DNA of 64,000 nucleotides. It comes from an uncultured Fibrobacteria bacterium (lineage in GTDB: Bacteria > Fibrobacterota > Fibrobacteria > UBA11236). The notes beneath the pieces are model-generated. The model worked only from the letters and a program-made list of their open reading frames with translations. It was not told where the DNA came from and searched no databases. The translations under genes were made by a program, and so were the position numbers. This document shows positions 10,809-21,485 of the stretch, in pieces (positions within the stretch are counted from its first letter, which is position 1; every line of letters begins with the position of its first letter). The stretch is taken from contig OY970309.1 of the NCBI GenBank assembly GCA_963716395.1, positions 32,001 through 96,000 on the forward strand, given 5' to 3'.

Positions 10809-12536
10809 TTATTCGCCTTCGATGCGGACCACGTCGCCGATGGTCGTGCTCTTGGGTTGATGTGCGGCCAGGTAATTGCGCCACTCCGCGTCTTCTTTGT
10901 TCTTGAAATAATCGATCACGCTCAAGTTCATCTTGCGCGCGTTGACGTCGATTTCGGTGACCACGGCCGGTACCACGTCGTCGACCTTGAACGAGTCGGA
11001 AGGGTGCTTGATCGATTCCGAGGTGAGCTTGGAAGTGGGGATGAACCCTTCGACGCCGTTGCCCAGTTCGACCACCACGCCGCGATCGAGCAGGCGCACG
11101 ATTTTCGCCTTGACGTCTTTGCCGGCCGGATACTCCGAGGGCACGTTGTCCCAGGGATCTTCGAGCAAATGTTTCATCGACAGGGAAATGCGGCGCTTCT
11201 CCTTGTCGATGGCCAGCACGATGCATTCCACCTTGTCGCCCTTTTTAAAGACTTCGGAGGGATGGTTGATCTTCTTGGTCCAGGACATGTCGGAAACGTG
11301 GATCAATCCGTCGACGCCTTCTTTGAGTTCGATGAAAGCCCCGAACGCCGCCAGGTTGCGGATTTCGCCGGTGACCTTGGAACCGACCGGAAGCTCGTCT
11401 TCGATATGCGACCAGGGGTCGGGCTGAACCTGCTTGAGCCCCAGGGAGATCTTTTCGTTTTCGGGATCGAGCTTGAGCACCACGGCTTCGATTTCCTGGC
11501 CCACCTGCACCAATTGCGAAGGGTGCTTGATGTGCTGGGTCCATGACATTTCGGAAATGTGCACCAAGCCTTCGACGCCCTCGGCGATTTCGACGAACAC
11601 CCCGTAGTCGGTGAGCGAAACCACCTTGCCCTTGACACGCGTGCCTTCGGGATATTTCGCGGCCACGTCTTCCCAGGGATGCTTGGCCAATTGTTTCATG
11701 CCCAGCGAGATGCGCTCTTTCTTTTCATTGAAGTCGAGCACCACCACCTTGACGCGATCGCCGAGCTTCACCATTTCGCTGGGGTGGCTGACGCGGCCCC
11801 ACGACATGTCGGTGATGTGCAGCAGGCCGTCGACGCCGCCGAGATCGATGAAGGCGCCGAAGTCGGTGATGTTCTTGACCACGCCTTCGCGGATTTGGCC
11901 TTTCTCCAAAGTGTCGATGATTTCGCCGCGCATCTTGGAGCGCTCCTGTTCGAGCACCACGCGCCGCGACACCACGATGTTGCGCCGGATTTTGTTGACC
12001 TTGATGACCTTGAAATCCATCTTCTGCCCGAGCAGGGCGTCGAGATCGGGAACCTGGCGCAAGTCGATTTGCGATCCGGGCAGAAAGGCCTCAATGCCGA
12101 ACAGATCGACCACCACGCCGCCCTTGATGCGGCGGGTGATGGTGCCGTTGACGATCTCCTCTTTTTCAAAGGCTTCGCGGATGCGTTCCCACACGCGCAT
12201 GAAATCGGCGCGCTGTTTGGAAAGAATGATTTGGCCGTCCTGGTTTTCGACCTGTTCGAGGTACACGTCGATGACGCGGCCGACGTGCAATTCTTCCGGA
12301 TCCTTGAACTCCGAAATCGGGATGACGCCATCGGATTTGAACTTGATGTCGACGAACACTTCGCTGTCGGTGACGCGCACTACCGTGCCTTTGACGATGC
12401 TGCCTTCGGCGTAGCCCATCAAGGTCGCGTCGTATTGCTGTTGCAGTTGTTTGCGCGCTTCGTCGCCGAGGCGATCCTCTTCGGTGGCGAAATCGCGCAG
12501 GTCTTCTTCGGTTCCGTACAGGAGTTTCTGGGTCAT
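10809..12536 (-). CDS. rpsA: 30S ribosomal protein S1
   Basis: Six S1 repeats (KNITDFGAFIDLGGVDGLLHITDMSWGR; EGLVHISEMSW); directly downstream of cmk. Confidence 0.97.
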   Translation of the reverse strand: MTQKLLYGTEEDLRDFATEEDRLGDEARKQLQQQYDATLMGYAEGSIVKGTVVRVTDSEVFVDIKFKSDGVIPISEFKDPEELHVGRVIDVYLEQVENQDGQIILSKQRADFMRVWERIREAFEKEEIVNGTITRRIKGGVVVDLFGIEAFLPGSQIDLRQVPDLDALLGQKMDFKVIKVNKIRRNIVVSRRVVLEQERSKMRGEIIDTLEKGQIREGVVKNITDFGAFIDLGGVDGLLHITDMSWGRVSHPSEMVKLGDRVKVVVLDFNEKKERISLGMKQLAKHPWEDVAAKYPEGTRVKGKVVSLTDYGVFVEIAEGVEGLVHISEMSWTQHIKHPSQLVQVGQEIEAVVLKLDPENEKISLGLKQVQPDPWSHIEDELPVGSKVTGEIRNLAAFGAFIELKEGVDGLIHVSDMSWTKKINHPSEVFKKGDKVECIVLAIDKEKRRISLSMKHLLEDPWDNVPSEYPAGKDVKAKIVRLLDRGVVVELGNGVEGFIPTSKLTSESIKHPSDSFKVDDVVPAVVTEIDVNARKMNLSVIDYFKNKEDAEWRNYLAAHQPKSTTIGDVVRIEGE

Positions 12537-12593
12537 GGGAGTGGGGCGGAAAACGGGTTAATCCCCGGGACATTCGGGAAAAGCTGTTTCGGC

Positions 12594-13271
12594 CTAGGTG
12601 CTGACGGAGGCGCCGGGACGGCTTTTCCGGACAAGCTGAGTAAGCATAGCAACTTGCTGCTCCAAGGTGGAGTCGCTGGTGTCGATGACCACGGCGTCTT
12701 CGGCTTGTTTCAACGGGCTGTTGGCCCGAGCCGAATCCTTGGCGTCGCGGTCTTGCAGGTTGCGCAGAATGCCGTCGAAATCGGCGGGCAGGCCTGCGGC
12801 CGCCAATTCGGCGGCGCGGCGGCGGGCCCGGATCTCGGGGCGCGCCGTGAGAAAAAACTTCCAGGGTGCGTCGGGAAACACCACGGTGCCGATGTCGCGG
12901 CCTTCGACCACGCTGGGGTGCGACAGACCCAAGGCCCGCTGCTGGCGCACCAAGGCCCGGCGCACCGCGGGCGGCTGGCAATACTCCGAAACCGCGGCCG
13001 TCACTTCGCGGTCACGGATAGCCGCGGGCAGGGTTTGTCCGTTCACCCGCAAGCCGGCGTCTGCGCCGAAGGTGAATTGCAGCGCTTCGGCCAGGCGCCC
13101 CAACTCTTCCGCCTGCGCGACCTGCAACCCGGCTTGCAAGGCGGCATAGGTCAACATGCGGTACATGGCGCCGGTGTCGACATGGCGGTACTCCAAAGCC
13201 CGGGCCAGCAATCGGGCCGTGCTGCTTTTTCCCGATCCGCTGATGCCGTCGATGGCGATGACTGAAATCAT
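12594..13271 (-). CDS. cmk: Cytidylate kinase
   Basis: IAIDGISGSGKSS P-loop, DTGAMYR, VEGRDIGTVVFPDA, RDAKDSAR. Confidence 0.96.
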   Translation of the reverse strand: MISVIAIDGISGSGKSSTARLLARALEYRHVDTGAMYRMLTYAALQAGLQVAQAEELGRLAEALQFTFGADAGLRVNGQTLPAAIRDREVTAAVSEYCQPPAVRRALVRQQRALGLSHPSVVEGRDIGTVVFPDAPWKFFLTARPEIRARRRAAELAAAGLPADFDGILRNLQDRDAKDSARANSPLKQAEDAVVIDTSDSTLEQQVAMLTQLVRKSRPGASVST

Positions 13272-13366
13272 AAGGCGGCTTTTCCGGCCACAGCCGGGGA
13301 CGAAAAGTTAACCAAGGAACGGCCGCATTGGGCTTTTTGCGGATGGTATAATCAGCCGTATTTAAA

Positions 13367-14134
13367 ATGCGGACTCCGGGTTTTTCTTCAGGCTTTCGGT
13401 CCCGCTTGGCGGTGGCCGTGCTGGCGGCAAGCTGGCTTGGCACCGGATTTTTTTGCGCTCCGGGCGGTTCTCCGGCGGGATTGCCGGGGGTTTTCATCGA
13501 TACTTTGCGCCTGGAATTGCTGGACCCGGCCCAGGGTTCACCCGGCGCGCATGTGGCCTGGAGCGCGCCCTCCGCCGCGATCAGTTCGCTTGAATTGTAC
13601 CAAAGCCTGCGATCCGACTCGCTGGGCGCACCGGTGCTCACCGGCATTCCGCCGGCTCCGGCTTCGGTCGACGTGGCCCTGCCCGATTCGTCGCCGCCGT
13701 TCACGGTGTATTTCGCCCTGCGGGCCGTGCAGGTCGATCCCACGGGAGAAAAAAACTACAGCGACACCCTGGAGTTGGATTCGTTGCTGATCACCGCGCC
13801 GCCGGGCATCTACCAGCCGGCCAACGGCGACACGCTCACGGGACGTACCGCGCCGGTTTCGGTCTTGATCGGCAGCGATCCGGGTGCGACCTTGCGGCAA
13901 GCCTGGTACGAAGACGAGGATACGGGATGGGCGATGGCGCTCGATACCTGCCTGCCCCGCTCCGATTGCCTGACGCCGCTGTTCGGTACCAATCTCGTCA
14001 CCGACACCATCGAACTGGCTCCGGCGCCGGCCGGCGGGATCCACGAATTATTCTGCGTGCTGACCACCGAGGTCATTTCCACCAGCCGCGGACTCCGGCA
14101 ATCGCTGGGATGTTCGCGCTTTACGCGGCAATGA
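13367..14134 (+). CDS. Hypothetical exported/lipoprotein, beta-rich
   Basis: Hydrophobic N-terminus ending in Cys (GTGFFC). Its stop overlaps the ATG of the next gene (ATGA at 14131-14134). Confidence 0.6.
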   Translation: MRTPGFSSGFRSRLAVAVLAASWLGTGFFCAPGGSPAGLPGVFIDTLRLELLDPAQGSPGAHVAWSAPSAAISSLELYQSLRSDSLGAPVLTGIPPAPASVDVALPDSSPPFTVYFALRAVQVDPTGEKNYSDTLELDSLLITAPPGIYQPANGDTLTGRTAPVSVLIGSDPGATLRQAWYEDEDTGWAMALDTCLPRSDCLTPLFGTNLVTDTIELAPAPAGGIHELFCVLTTEVISTSRGLRQSLGCSRFTRQ

Positions 14135-17100
14135 AGCGACTGCTCGGCATTGCGGCCTTGCTGCTCGGCGGGGCCGGACCCGCGGCGGCGGATCTCACGG
14201 CCTGGTCCTGGCAGGCGGGCGCTTCCCCGACCTTGACCTTGGAATGGAACGCCTTGGGGCGCACGGTACCGGATACGGTGACGGCCACTTTGGCCGTGCC
14301 GCCGGGCTGCACCCAAGTCTCGGCCCAGGTCGTGCCGATGGCGGAGTGGAAAACCCCCTTGCCGGTCACGGCCACGGTCTCCGGCGTTCCCCGGTTCAGC
14401 CATCCCCTGACTTTTCGCGACGTGACCTTGGCCACCTTGCATTGGCTGCCGGTGGCGCCGGGCGCGGGCGGCCTGCACTTGCTGACGCAGGCGAAACTTA
14501 TCGTGCATTTTCAGGTCTCGGCGCCGCCGCCCAAAGCCTTTGCCGGCGCCGCCGGCGAGCCCGCCGAACGGCTGCTGGCCGCCTGGGTGGTGAATTACGA
14601 TCAATCACGCGACTTTCGCTTCAACGCCGCCGGCGCCTTGCCGCTGGTGGCGGCCTCCGACAGCGGTCTGCCGCCCATCCGGCTGGCGGTGTTCACCCAA
14701 ACCGACGATATCGCCGTTCTCACTTTCGATTCTCTGCGCCGGGCCGGTGTGCCCGTGGCGCAAATCGACCCGCATCAATTCCGGCTGTTCCGCCTGGGCC
14801 GCGAGGTGCCCCTCTACGTGGAGAACGAAGCCAGCGGCCATTTCCAAAGCGGGGATTACCTCGAGTTCATCGGCACCCACGCGCCGGGCCAGAACACCTA
14901 CTTGTCGCCGTATACCACCGAAGCCGAGTTCACCCTGGTGTGGAACACCGGCCGCCCGGGCCTACGGGCGCCCGCAGTCCCGGTGGTTCCGCGCGCAACC
15001 AATCCCGTGCCCGCCCCGCCGTTTCAAACCACGGCGCATGTGGAGCAAGACAACGTCATTCTGCGCATCGGCAGTACCGCTGCGGCCGACATCACCGATC
15101 TCGGCAGCCAGGTTTCCGAAGAGGCGTTGAGCGACTTCTGGTACTGGCAACGCATGGGCGTCAACAACGACGCCGTCAACGTCTCCTTCGATCTGCCGTT
15201 TACGCCGGCCTTCAACCCGAACGGCGCGGCGCCCACCGCCACGGCCACCGCCTCCATCGAGCTCAAGGGCATCACCGACGACATCAACGCCAATCCCGAT
15301 CACCATCTGCGCTTCCTGCTCAACGGCACGGACATCTCCCTCGTGAACGGCGTGCGCAGCGACGCGATTTGGGACGGGCAGGCCGCCTACCAATGGACCT
15401 CGCCGCCGTTGCCCCTCAGCGCGTTCAAGCCGGGCGCCAATGTGCTGACCTTGGTGCGCGTCAACGATTTGCTGGAAAACAACGGGCAACCGGTACAGAA
15501 CCAGGACGCCTACCTCAATTATCTGGACTTCACCCTCACGGCCGCGTACGCCGCGGTGCACGACCAACTGCATTTCTCCAACACCTTCGCCGACAGCCTG
15601 GGCCTCCAGCATTTCCGGCTCACGGGATTCTCTTCGCCCGATCTCAGCCTGTGGGATACGCGCGGCCGCAAGCTGGTGGGCTTTGCCACGCGCGCCGGCG
15701 CGGGCGGTACCCAAGTCGATTTCGAGGATTCGCTCGTCACCGCGGTGAGTTATATCGCGGTCACGGCGGCGGCACGGGAAACGCCGCGGCTGGAATTGGA
15801 CACGGTGCCGGATTTGCTGTACCCATCCGCAGGTGCCGACGAGATCATCGTCACCCATCGCTCCCTGTACGGCCAGGCGCTCGACTCGCTGGTGGCCCAG
15901 CGGACCAAGCAGGGCCTGCGCGTCAAAGTGGTCGACATCTACCACGTCAACCAGACCTTCGGCGACGGCTCCACCAATCCCGAGGCCGTCAAAAACTTCG
16001 CGCAATGGGCCTATGACCATTGGCCGCGGCCCGCGCCCACCTATCTGTTGCTGCTGGGCGGGACTTCGGATTGGTTCGACAAGCTGGCGGGCATTTACCA
16101 GCGCAACCTGGTGCCCACCCATCTCGTCGACATCCGCGGCTGGGGCATCGCGGCCGATGACGATTATTTCGGCCAGGTGGCGGGCGACGACGCCATCAGC
16201 GACATGCTGGTGGGGCGCTTGCCCGTGTCGACGCCGGCCGAGTTGTCGCAGGTGGTACACAAAATGCTGCGGCTGGAGCAGCGTCCGCCGGGTGCCTGGC
16301 AGAACAAGACCTTTTTCGTCGGCGGCTACGAGCAGACCTTCACCGACGGCCAGAACCTGTTGCAGTCGGTGGCCGCGGGCGAAAACCGCCCACCCGAACG
16401 CCTGGATCTCTTTACGGGTTCTCCGTATTACGCCGCGCCCGGCCGGCGACCGGATTTTTACCGCCAACTCGACTCGGCCTTCGACTTCGTGGGCTTCTTC
16501 GGCCATGGCGGTGGTTCGGTTTGGTCGGATGACGGCATTCTGACGTTGGATGCACTGGATCAGGACAGCCTGCGCGGCGACTACCCCGTGCCCCTGGTGT
16601 CCTCGATCACCTGCCTCACCGGTTATTTCGAAGACGTGGCCGAACGCTCGCTGGGCGAAGAGATGATCAAGCGGCCCGCCAACGGCGCCGCGGGTTTTTA
16701 CGGCGCGGCCGGCTACATCTCCAGCGCCGCGGGCCAGGTGCTGGCGGCCGAAATGTTTCGCGCGGCCACGCAGCCCGGCACGCTTTCGCTCGGTGGCATC
16801 GTCCAGGAGGCCGAAACCCGCGTGATGCTGGAGACGGGATCGAGCTTTCTGCCCATTCTCGCCGAGTTCAATCTGCTGGGCGATCCGGCCATGCCCTATG
16901 CCTATGCGCCGCTGTCGGGGTCGCTCAACGCGTCTCCGCAAGTGCTGGGCGCCACCCGTAGCTTGCAAGTGACAGGGGATGCGCTGGCCGTCACCTCCGG
17001 TCAAGGGCTGGCGTCGCTGCTCATCGGCGATTCGCTGGCCACCGTGCAACCCGTGACGGTGTCGGGAGGGAAAGTGCAAACTGCGTTCACTTTGCCCGAC

Positions 17101-18861
17101 ACGTTGCCCATCTTCGAGCAGGGCAAGGCCATTCTGCACGTGTGGGACGACAGCCATGCGGCCGTGTATACGGCCGCGTACTCGGGGCTCGACTGGATGA
17201 TCGATTCGCTGCGTTTGCAGCCCGCGAATCCCCAGCCCGGCGATTCGGTGCGGGTGCTGTTCACCTTGCGCGCGGATCGTTCCTATCAAACCGCGGCCGG
17301 CGTGCTGTTGTATTCGGTGTCGGGGCAGGACGACGCCGGCGATTTTCCCGCCGACAACCAGGTGGTGCTGGTCAACACCGCCGGGAACGACTATGCGACG
17401 TCGCGACCCTTCGCCGTTCCCTTTCCGCCGCCCAGCGACACCTTGCTGTTGCAAATCAACCTGGCCGTCCGCCTCAACCTGGCGGATTCGAACGGCGCGG
17501 CGTTGCCGCCGGTGAGCAGCCGCACCTACTCCTTTCCCCTGGTGCCGCTGGCGCGGCTGACCTTGATGGCGCCGGCCTTCGATCTGCCCGTGCAGGATTC
17601 GCTGGGCGTGTGGGTGCGGTATCGCAACGACGGCCTGGGAAGCAACGGCCAGGCGCACATGCGCTTGACGGCCGACCCCAACGGCGCGGCGCCCTGGTCG
17701 GACAGCGCCGACCTCGCTAAGGGACTCAAGCTGGGCCAAATCGATTCGGTCTTTCTGCCTTTTCCCGATTCGGCGGCGCATCTGCCATTGCGCGCCGTGA
17801 TCGTAGCCGACAATCCCGCCGAAGCCAGCCCCACGGCCGCGGTGCAGGATACCGCCTTCGGCCTCTGGACCGCACTGCTGTCCCGGACCACCGACAGTCT
17901 GGCTCCATGGCCGCAAGGTCCGGTGCTGCGCCTGGCCGCGGCGGGAGCGCGGCGCATCTTCGCCGGGGAAAACGGCCCGGTCAATTTTTCCCCGCCGCTG
18001 TCCGCCGTCGACACCTCGGCCTTCGCGCATACGGCCTTTTATCTCGCCACGCGCGCGCCGTCGGCCGGGGCCTTGGTGCTGCAACCGCCGGCCGTATTGG
18101 CCGCCGACAGCGCCAGCGGCGCCCCGGCGGCCTGGCATTACGCGGTTCAGCCCAGTGGCCCCTGGCTGCGCGTCGACACCGCCACAAATACCGGCCCGAC
18201 CGTGCTCTACGCCGACGGCTATTACGGATACTTCCGCAACTCGGATCACATCGCCCCCGTGATCAGCTTCCACAGCCGCGGCCAGAATCTGTTGCCCGAC
18301 GACTACATTCCCCGGAACACGCCGGTGGAGATTCTGCTGGAAGATCCATCCGGCATCGATTTAACGTTGCGCAAGCCCCGGCTCGTTTCCGAAGGCTTGC
18401 CGGTGGACAGCGCTTCGGTGGTGATCGAAACCTCGGGCGGGTTTCCCACTTTGGCGCGCCTGCAATTCCAGCCACCGCAAACCGAGCAGGACTCGGTGCT
18501 GGTGCTGGCCTATGATGCGGCGGGCAACGAAGCCCGGCAGAGCTTTTCGTTTCGCGTGGGCGAGGCGCTGGCCATCCGCAATCTGGGCGGCTACCCCAAC
18601 CCCTTCGCCGACACCACCATCTTCGCCTATGAACTCACCGATTACTGCGACCAGGTGACCCTGCGCGTTTACTCGCGCGCCGGCCGCACCGTGCGCACGC
18701 TGTATGATTACCGCGCCGTGGGCTACCGCGAAGTGGTGTGGGACGGCCGCGCCGACGACGGGCAGCCCATCGCCAACGGCCTGTATTTTCTCAAGGCCAC
18801 GGCGCGCAGCGGCGACCGCGAAGCCACGGCCACCTTCAAGCTGTTCAAAAAGAAATACTGA
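14131..18861 (+). CDS. Second C25 gingipain-family peptidase with C-terminal FlgD-like Ig domain
   Basis: Signal peptide MKRLLGIAALLLGGAGPAAA from ATG 14131. YLLLLGG, DMLVGRLPV, FFGHGG, SITCLTGYFE, FNLLGDPA; tail GYPNPF...WDGRADDGQPIANGLYF. Confidence 0.82.
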   Translation: MKRLLGIAALLLGGAGPAAADLTAWSWQAGASPTLTLEWNALGRTVPDTVTATLAVPPGCTQVSAQVVPMAEWKTPLPVTATVSGVPRFSHPLTFRDVTLATLHWLPVAPGAGGLHLLTQAKLIVHFQVSAPPPKAFAGAAGEPAERLLAAWVVNYDQSRDFRFNAAGALPLVAASDSGLPPIRLAVFTQTDDIAVLTFDSLRRAGVPVAQIDPHQFRLFRLGREVPLYVENEASGHFQSGDYLEFIGTHAPGQNTYLSPYTTEAEFTLVWNTGRPGLRAPAVPVVPRATNPVPAPPFQTTAHVEQDNVILRIGSTAAADITDLGSQVSEEALSDFWYWQRMGVNNDAVNVSFDLPFTPAFNPNGAAPTATATASIELKGITDDINANPDHHLRFLLNGTDISLVNGVRSDAIWDGQAAYQWTSPPLPLSAFKPGANVLTLVRVNDLLENNGQPVQNQDAYLNYLDFTLTAAYAAVHDQLHFSNTFADSLGLQHFRLTGFSSPDLSLWDTRGRKLVGFATRAGAGGTQVDFEDSLVTAVSYIAVTAAARETPRLELDTVPDLLYPSAGADEIIVTHRSLYGQALDSLVAQRTKQGLRVKVVDIYHVNQTFGDGSTNPEAVKNFAQWAYDHWPRPAPTYLLLLGGTSDWFDKLAGIYQRNLVPTHLVDIRGWGIAADDDYFGQVAGDDAISDMLVGRLPVSTPAELSQVVHKMLRLEQRPPGAWQNKTFFVGGYEQTFTDGQNLLQSVAAGENRPPERLDLFTGSPYYAAPGRRPDFYRQLDSAFDFVGFFGHGGGSVWSDDGILTLDALDQDSLRGDYPVPLVSSITCLTGYFEDVAERSLGEEMIKRPANGAAGFYGAAGYISSAAGQVLAAEMFRAATQPGTLSLGGIVQEAETRVMLETGSSFLPILAEFNLLGDPAMPYAYAPLSGSLNASPQVLGATRSLQVTGDALAVTSGQGLASLLIGDSLATVQPVTVSGGKVQTAFTLPDTLPIFEQGKAILHVWDDSHAAVYTAAYSGLDWMIDSLRLQPANPQPGDSVRVLFTLRADRSYQTAAGVLLYSVSGQDDAGDFPADNQVVLVNTAGNDYATSRPFAVPFPPPSDTLLLQINLAVRLNLADSNGAALPPVSSRTYSFPLVPLARLTLMAPAFDLPVQDSLGVWVRYRNDGLGSNGQAHMRLTADPNGAAPWSDSADLAKGLKLGQIDSVFLPFPDSAAHLPLRAVIVADNPAEASPTAAVQDTAFGLWTALLSRTTDSLAPWPQGPVLRLAAAGARRIFAGENGPVNFSPPLSAVDTSAFAHTAFYLATRAPSAGALVLQPPAVLAADSASGAPAAWHYAVQPSGPWLRVDTATNTGPTVLYADGYYGYFRNSDHIAPVISFHSRGQNLLPDDYIPRNTPVEILLEDPSGIDLTLRKPRLVSEGLPVDSASVVIETSGGFPTLARLQFQPPQTEQDSVLVLAYDAAGNEARQSFSFRVGEALAIRNLGGYPNPFADTTIFAYELTDYCDQVTLRVYSRAGRTVRTLYDYRAVGYREVVWDGRADDGQPIANGLYFLKATARSGDREATATFKLFKKKY

Positions 18862-18867
18862 GCGGAT

Positions 18868-19938
18868 TTATTTCCGCCGCCGCCAATGCAAATCGGCGGC
18901 CACGGCACCAATCAAAATAGTGCCTTTGATGATGGGCTGCCAAAAGGCTTCGGTATCGAGCAGGCTCATGCCGTTGTCGAGCGTGGCCATCACCGCCGCG
19001 CCCAGCAGGGCGCCCCAGACGCTGCCGCGGCCGCCGAACAGGGAGGTGCCGCCAATCACCGCCGCGGCAATGGCGTCGAGTTCGAGCATCTTGCCGCCGT
19101 CCGAAGAGGCGGCGCCTACGCGGGCGGTGAGCACCACGCCGGCCAGCGCCGAGACCGCGCCCATGATGGTGAAGACGGCGATGATGCGTCGGTTGATGGG
19201 AATGCCGGCATAGAATGCCGCGTCGCGGTTGCCACCGATGGCGTAGAGCTGGCGCCCGAAGGCCGTATGTTCGGCGATGACCCAGAAGCCGGCCGCCAGC
19301 AAAAGCATCAAGAGCACGGGCAGCGGCAAGCCCTGGTACGCATTGAACAAAGCCGCAAGTCCCAAAGAGGCCGCGGTCATGGCCCCCCACAACCAGCGGT
19401 TTCTGCTGCGCACCGCCCGCCCCAGGCATAGGACGGCGCCGGCGCCGCCCAATCCCCAGGTGGTGGATCGGGACAAAAACTTTTGTCCGATGATGAGGAA
19501 CGGATCGGGGGGAACGATGGCCACGCCTTTGGTCAACCCAAGCAGCATGCCTTGAAAGACGAGCATGCCGCCCAAGGTCACGATGAATGAGGGCACGCCC
19601 CACAGCGCGACGATCAGCCCCTGTCCGCAACCGAGCGCCGCGCCCAGCAGCAGGGCCAACGCGATGGCGGGCACCACGCCCAATCCGATCTGGGTGCAGC
19701 CCATGGCGGCCACGGCGCCGCACAGGCCGGCCAGCGAGCCGGGCGACAAATCGATTTGCGCGGCCACGATGACCAACACCATGCCGGTGGAGGCGATGGC
19801 GGTAACCGCCATTTGCCGCGACAACAGGGCCAGATTGCGCGGGCTGAGAAAAATGCCGTCGGTGGTCAGGGCGAAGACGGCCCATACCAGCAACAGGGCG
19901 CCGAGCATGCCCAGGGTTTGCCAATTGACCTTACCCAT
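18868..19938 (-). CDS. xylH: Sugar ABC transporter permease (XylH-like)
   Basis: IDLSPGS, VPSFIVTLGG, FGRQLYAIGGNRDAA, ELDAIAAAVIGGTSL. Confidence 0.85.
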   Translation of the reverse strand: MGKVNWQTLGMLGALLLVWAVFALTTDGIFLSPRNLALLSRQMAVTAIASTGMVLVIVAAQIDLSPGSLAGLCGAVAAMGCTQIGLGVVPAIALALLLGAALGCGQGLIVALWGVPSFIVTLGGMLVFQGMLLGLTKGVAIVPPDPFLIIGQKFLSRSTTWGLGGAGAVLCLGRAVRSRNRWLWGAMTAASLGLAALFNAYQGLPLPVLLMLLLAAGFWVIAEHTAFGRQLYAIGGNRDAAFYAGIPINRRIIAVFTIMGAVSALAGVVLTARVGAASSDGGKMLELDAIAAAVIGGTSLFGGRGSVWGALLGAAVMATLDNGMSLLDTEAFWQPIIKGTILIGAVAADLHWRRRK

Positions 19939-19945
19939 ATTTTCC

Positions 19946-21478
19946 TTACCCCGAAGTGGCCGCGTGCATCACGGCCTCCTGGCTGAATTGTGCGCGCTTC
20001 AACATCGCCGTTTGCCGGCCGCCGCTCAACACCATGAGGCGATGGCAGAGACCCAACAATTCGGGCAAATCCGAAGAGGCCACAAGCACGCTCAAGCCCC
20101 GGGCGGCCAGGCCGCGGATCAGGGCGTGGATCTCCGCTTTGGCGCCCACGTCGATGCCGCGCGTGGGTTCGTCGAGCAACAGCACCGCGGGGTTGGCCTG
20201 CAGCCACTTGGCGAGGACGATTTTCTGTTGGTTGCCGCCCGACAGACTGCCGGCTTCGACATCGAGGCCGGCAGCCTTTACTTGCAGGCTTTGGGCCCGC
20301 TCCGACGTTTGCCGCCGCAGGGCCGGCCAGTTCAGGAAACCCCAACGTTGAAAGTCGGCCAAGGTGGCCAGGGCGATGTTCTCGTGCAAGCTCGCGGAGA
20401 GCACTAGGCCCTGGCCCTTGCAATCCTCGCTGACCAAGGCGATGCCGGCCGACAAGGCTTCGCGCGGATGGCGAAACGGCGCGCGCCAGGGGCGTGCGTC
20501 GCGGCGCAAGCGGCCCGTGTTGCGGCTGCGGGCCGCACCGAACAGGCTGCTCAGCAAGGCGGTGCGTCCCGAGCCCATGAGCCCGGCCACGCCGAGGATT
20601 TCCCCGGAATGCAATTCGAAATGGATTTCTTCCACCGCAAAGCGGCCGGGAAGGGTCGGATGCGCAAGCGACCAATGCTCGACGGCCAAAACCGGCGCCG
20701 CGGAGGGCGAAACCGGCGACGGCGCCGCCGCCGCGTCTTCGGCCAGGTCGCGGCCCACCATGGCGGCCACGACGGCGGCGCGCGTCCACGCGGCGACTGG
20801 GCCCGTGCCCACCGATTTCCCGTCGCGCAATACGGTGATGGTGCCGGCGATGGCGAATACCTCTTCCAGCCGGTGGCTGACGTAAAGGCAAGCGACGCCT
20901 TGATCCACCAGAGCGCGCACGAGCGCGAGCAGGCGGGCGGCGTCCACCGCCGTCAGGGCGGCAGTGGGCTCGTCGAGAATCAGCACCCGGGCCTGCTTGT
21001 CGAGGGCCTTGGCGATTTCCACCAATTGCTGCCGCCCCACGCTGAGCGTGCCCACGGGCGTTTCCGGGGCGGCGTCGAGGCCGACCCGCCGCAACGCGGC
21101 GGCGCAGCGCCTTTGCATTTCCGCCTTGTGCAACCAAACCCAGCGGCTGAGTTCGCGGCCCAGGAACATGTTTTCGGCGATGGAGAGCTCCGGGACCAAA
21201 GCCAATTCCTGCGCCACCAAGGCGATGCCCGCGGCGTCGGCGTCGGCCGGAGAGTGCATGCGCAAGGGACGTCCCTCGCAGGTTAACTCGCCGCCGTAGC
21301 TGCCGCAGGGGTGGCAGCCGGCCAGGATTTTGAGCAAAGTGCTTTTGCCCGCGCCGTTTTCCCCGCACAGGGCGTGCACCTCGCCGGCGCACACGGTCAA
21401 ATCCACGCCGGCCAGGGCCAGCACGCCGGGGAATTGTTTGGTGAGCTGCCGCGCCTGCAGCCGGTGCGAGGACGTCAC
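19946..21478 (-). CDS. xylG: Sugar ABC transporter ATP-binding protein (XylG-like)
   Basis: GENGAGKSTL, LILDEPT, LSGGNQQK, LLDEPTRGIDVGAK. Probable GTG start at 21478. Confidence 0.88.
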   Translation of the reverse strand: MTSSHRLQARQLTKQFPGVLALAGVDLTVCAGEVHALCGENGAGKSTLLKILAGCHPCGSYGGELTCEGRPLRMHSPADADAAGIALVAQELALVPELSIAENMFLGRELSRWVWLHKAEMQRRCAAALRRVGLDAAPETPVGTLSVGRQQLVEIAKALDKQARVLILDEPTAALTAVDAARLLALVRALVDQGVACLYVSHRLEEVFAIAGTITVLRDGKSVGTGPVAAWTRAAVVAAMVGRDLAEDAAAAPSPVSPSAAPVLAVEHWSLAHPTLPGRFAVEEIHFELHSGEILGVAGLMGSGRTALLSSLFGAARSRNTGRLRRDARPWRAPFRHPREALSAGIALVSEDCKGQGLVLSASLHENIALATLADFQRWGFLNWPALRRQTSERAQSLQVKAAGLDVEAGSLSGGNQQKIVLAKWLQANPAVLLLDEPTRGIDVGAKAEIHALIRGLAARGLSVLVASSDLPELLGLCHRLMVLSGGRQTAMLKRAQFSQEAVMHAATSG

Positions 21479-21485
21479 GGCCAGG

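Noticed and set aside
14962-18273. 1103-aa antisense ORF (and similar long shadows at 843-2834, 4502-6379, 11559-13265, 53607-55406)
   Set aside because: These are antisense shadows of well-supported genes, expected in high-GC DNA, and carry no recognisable motifs.
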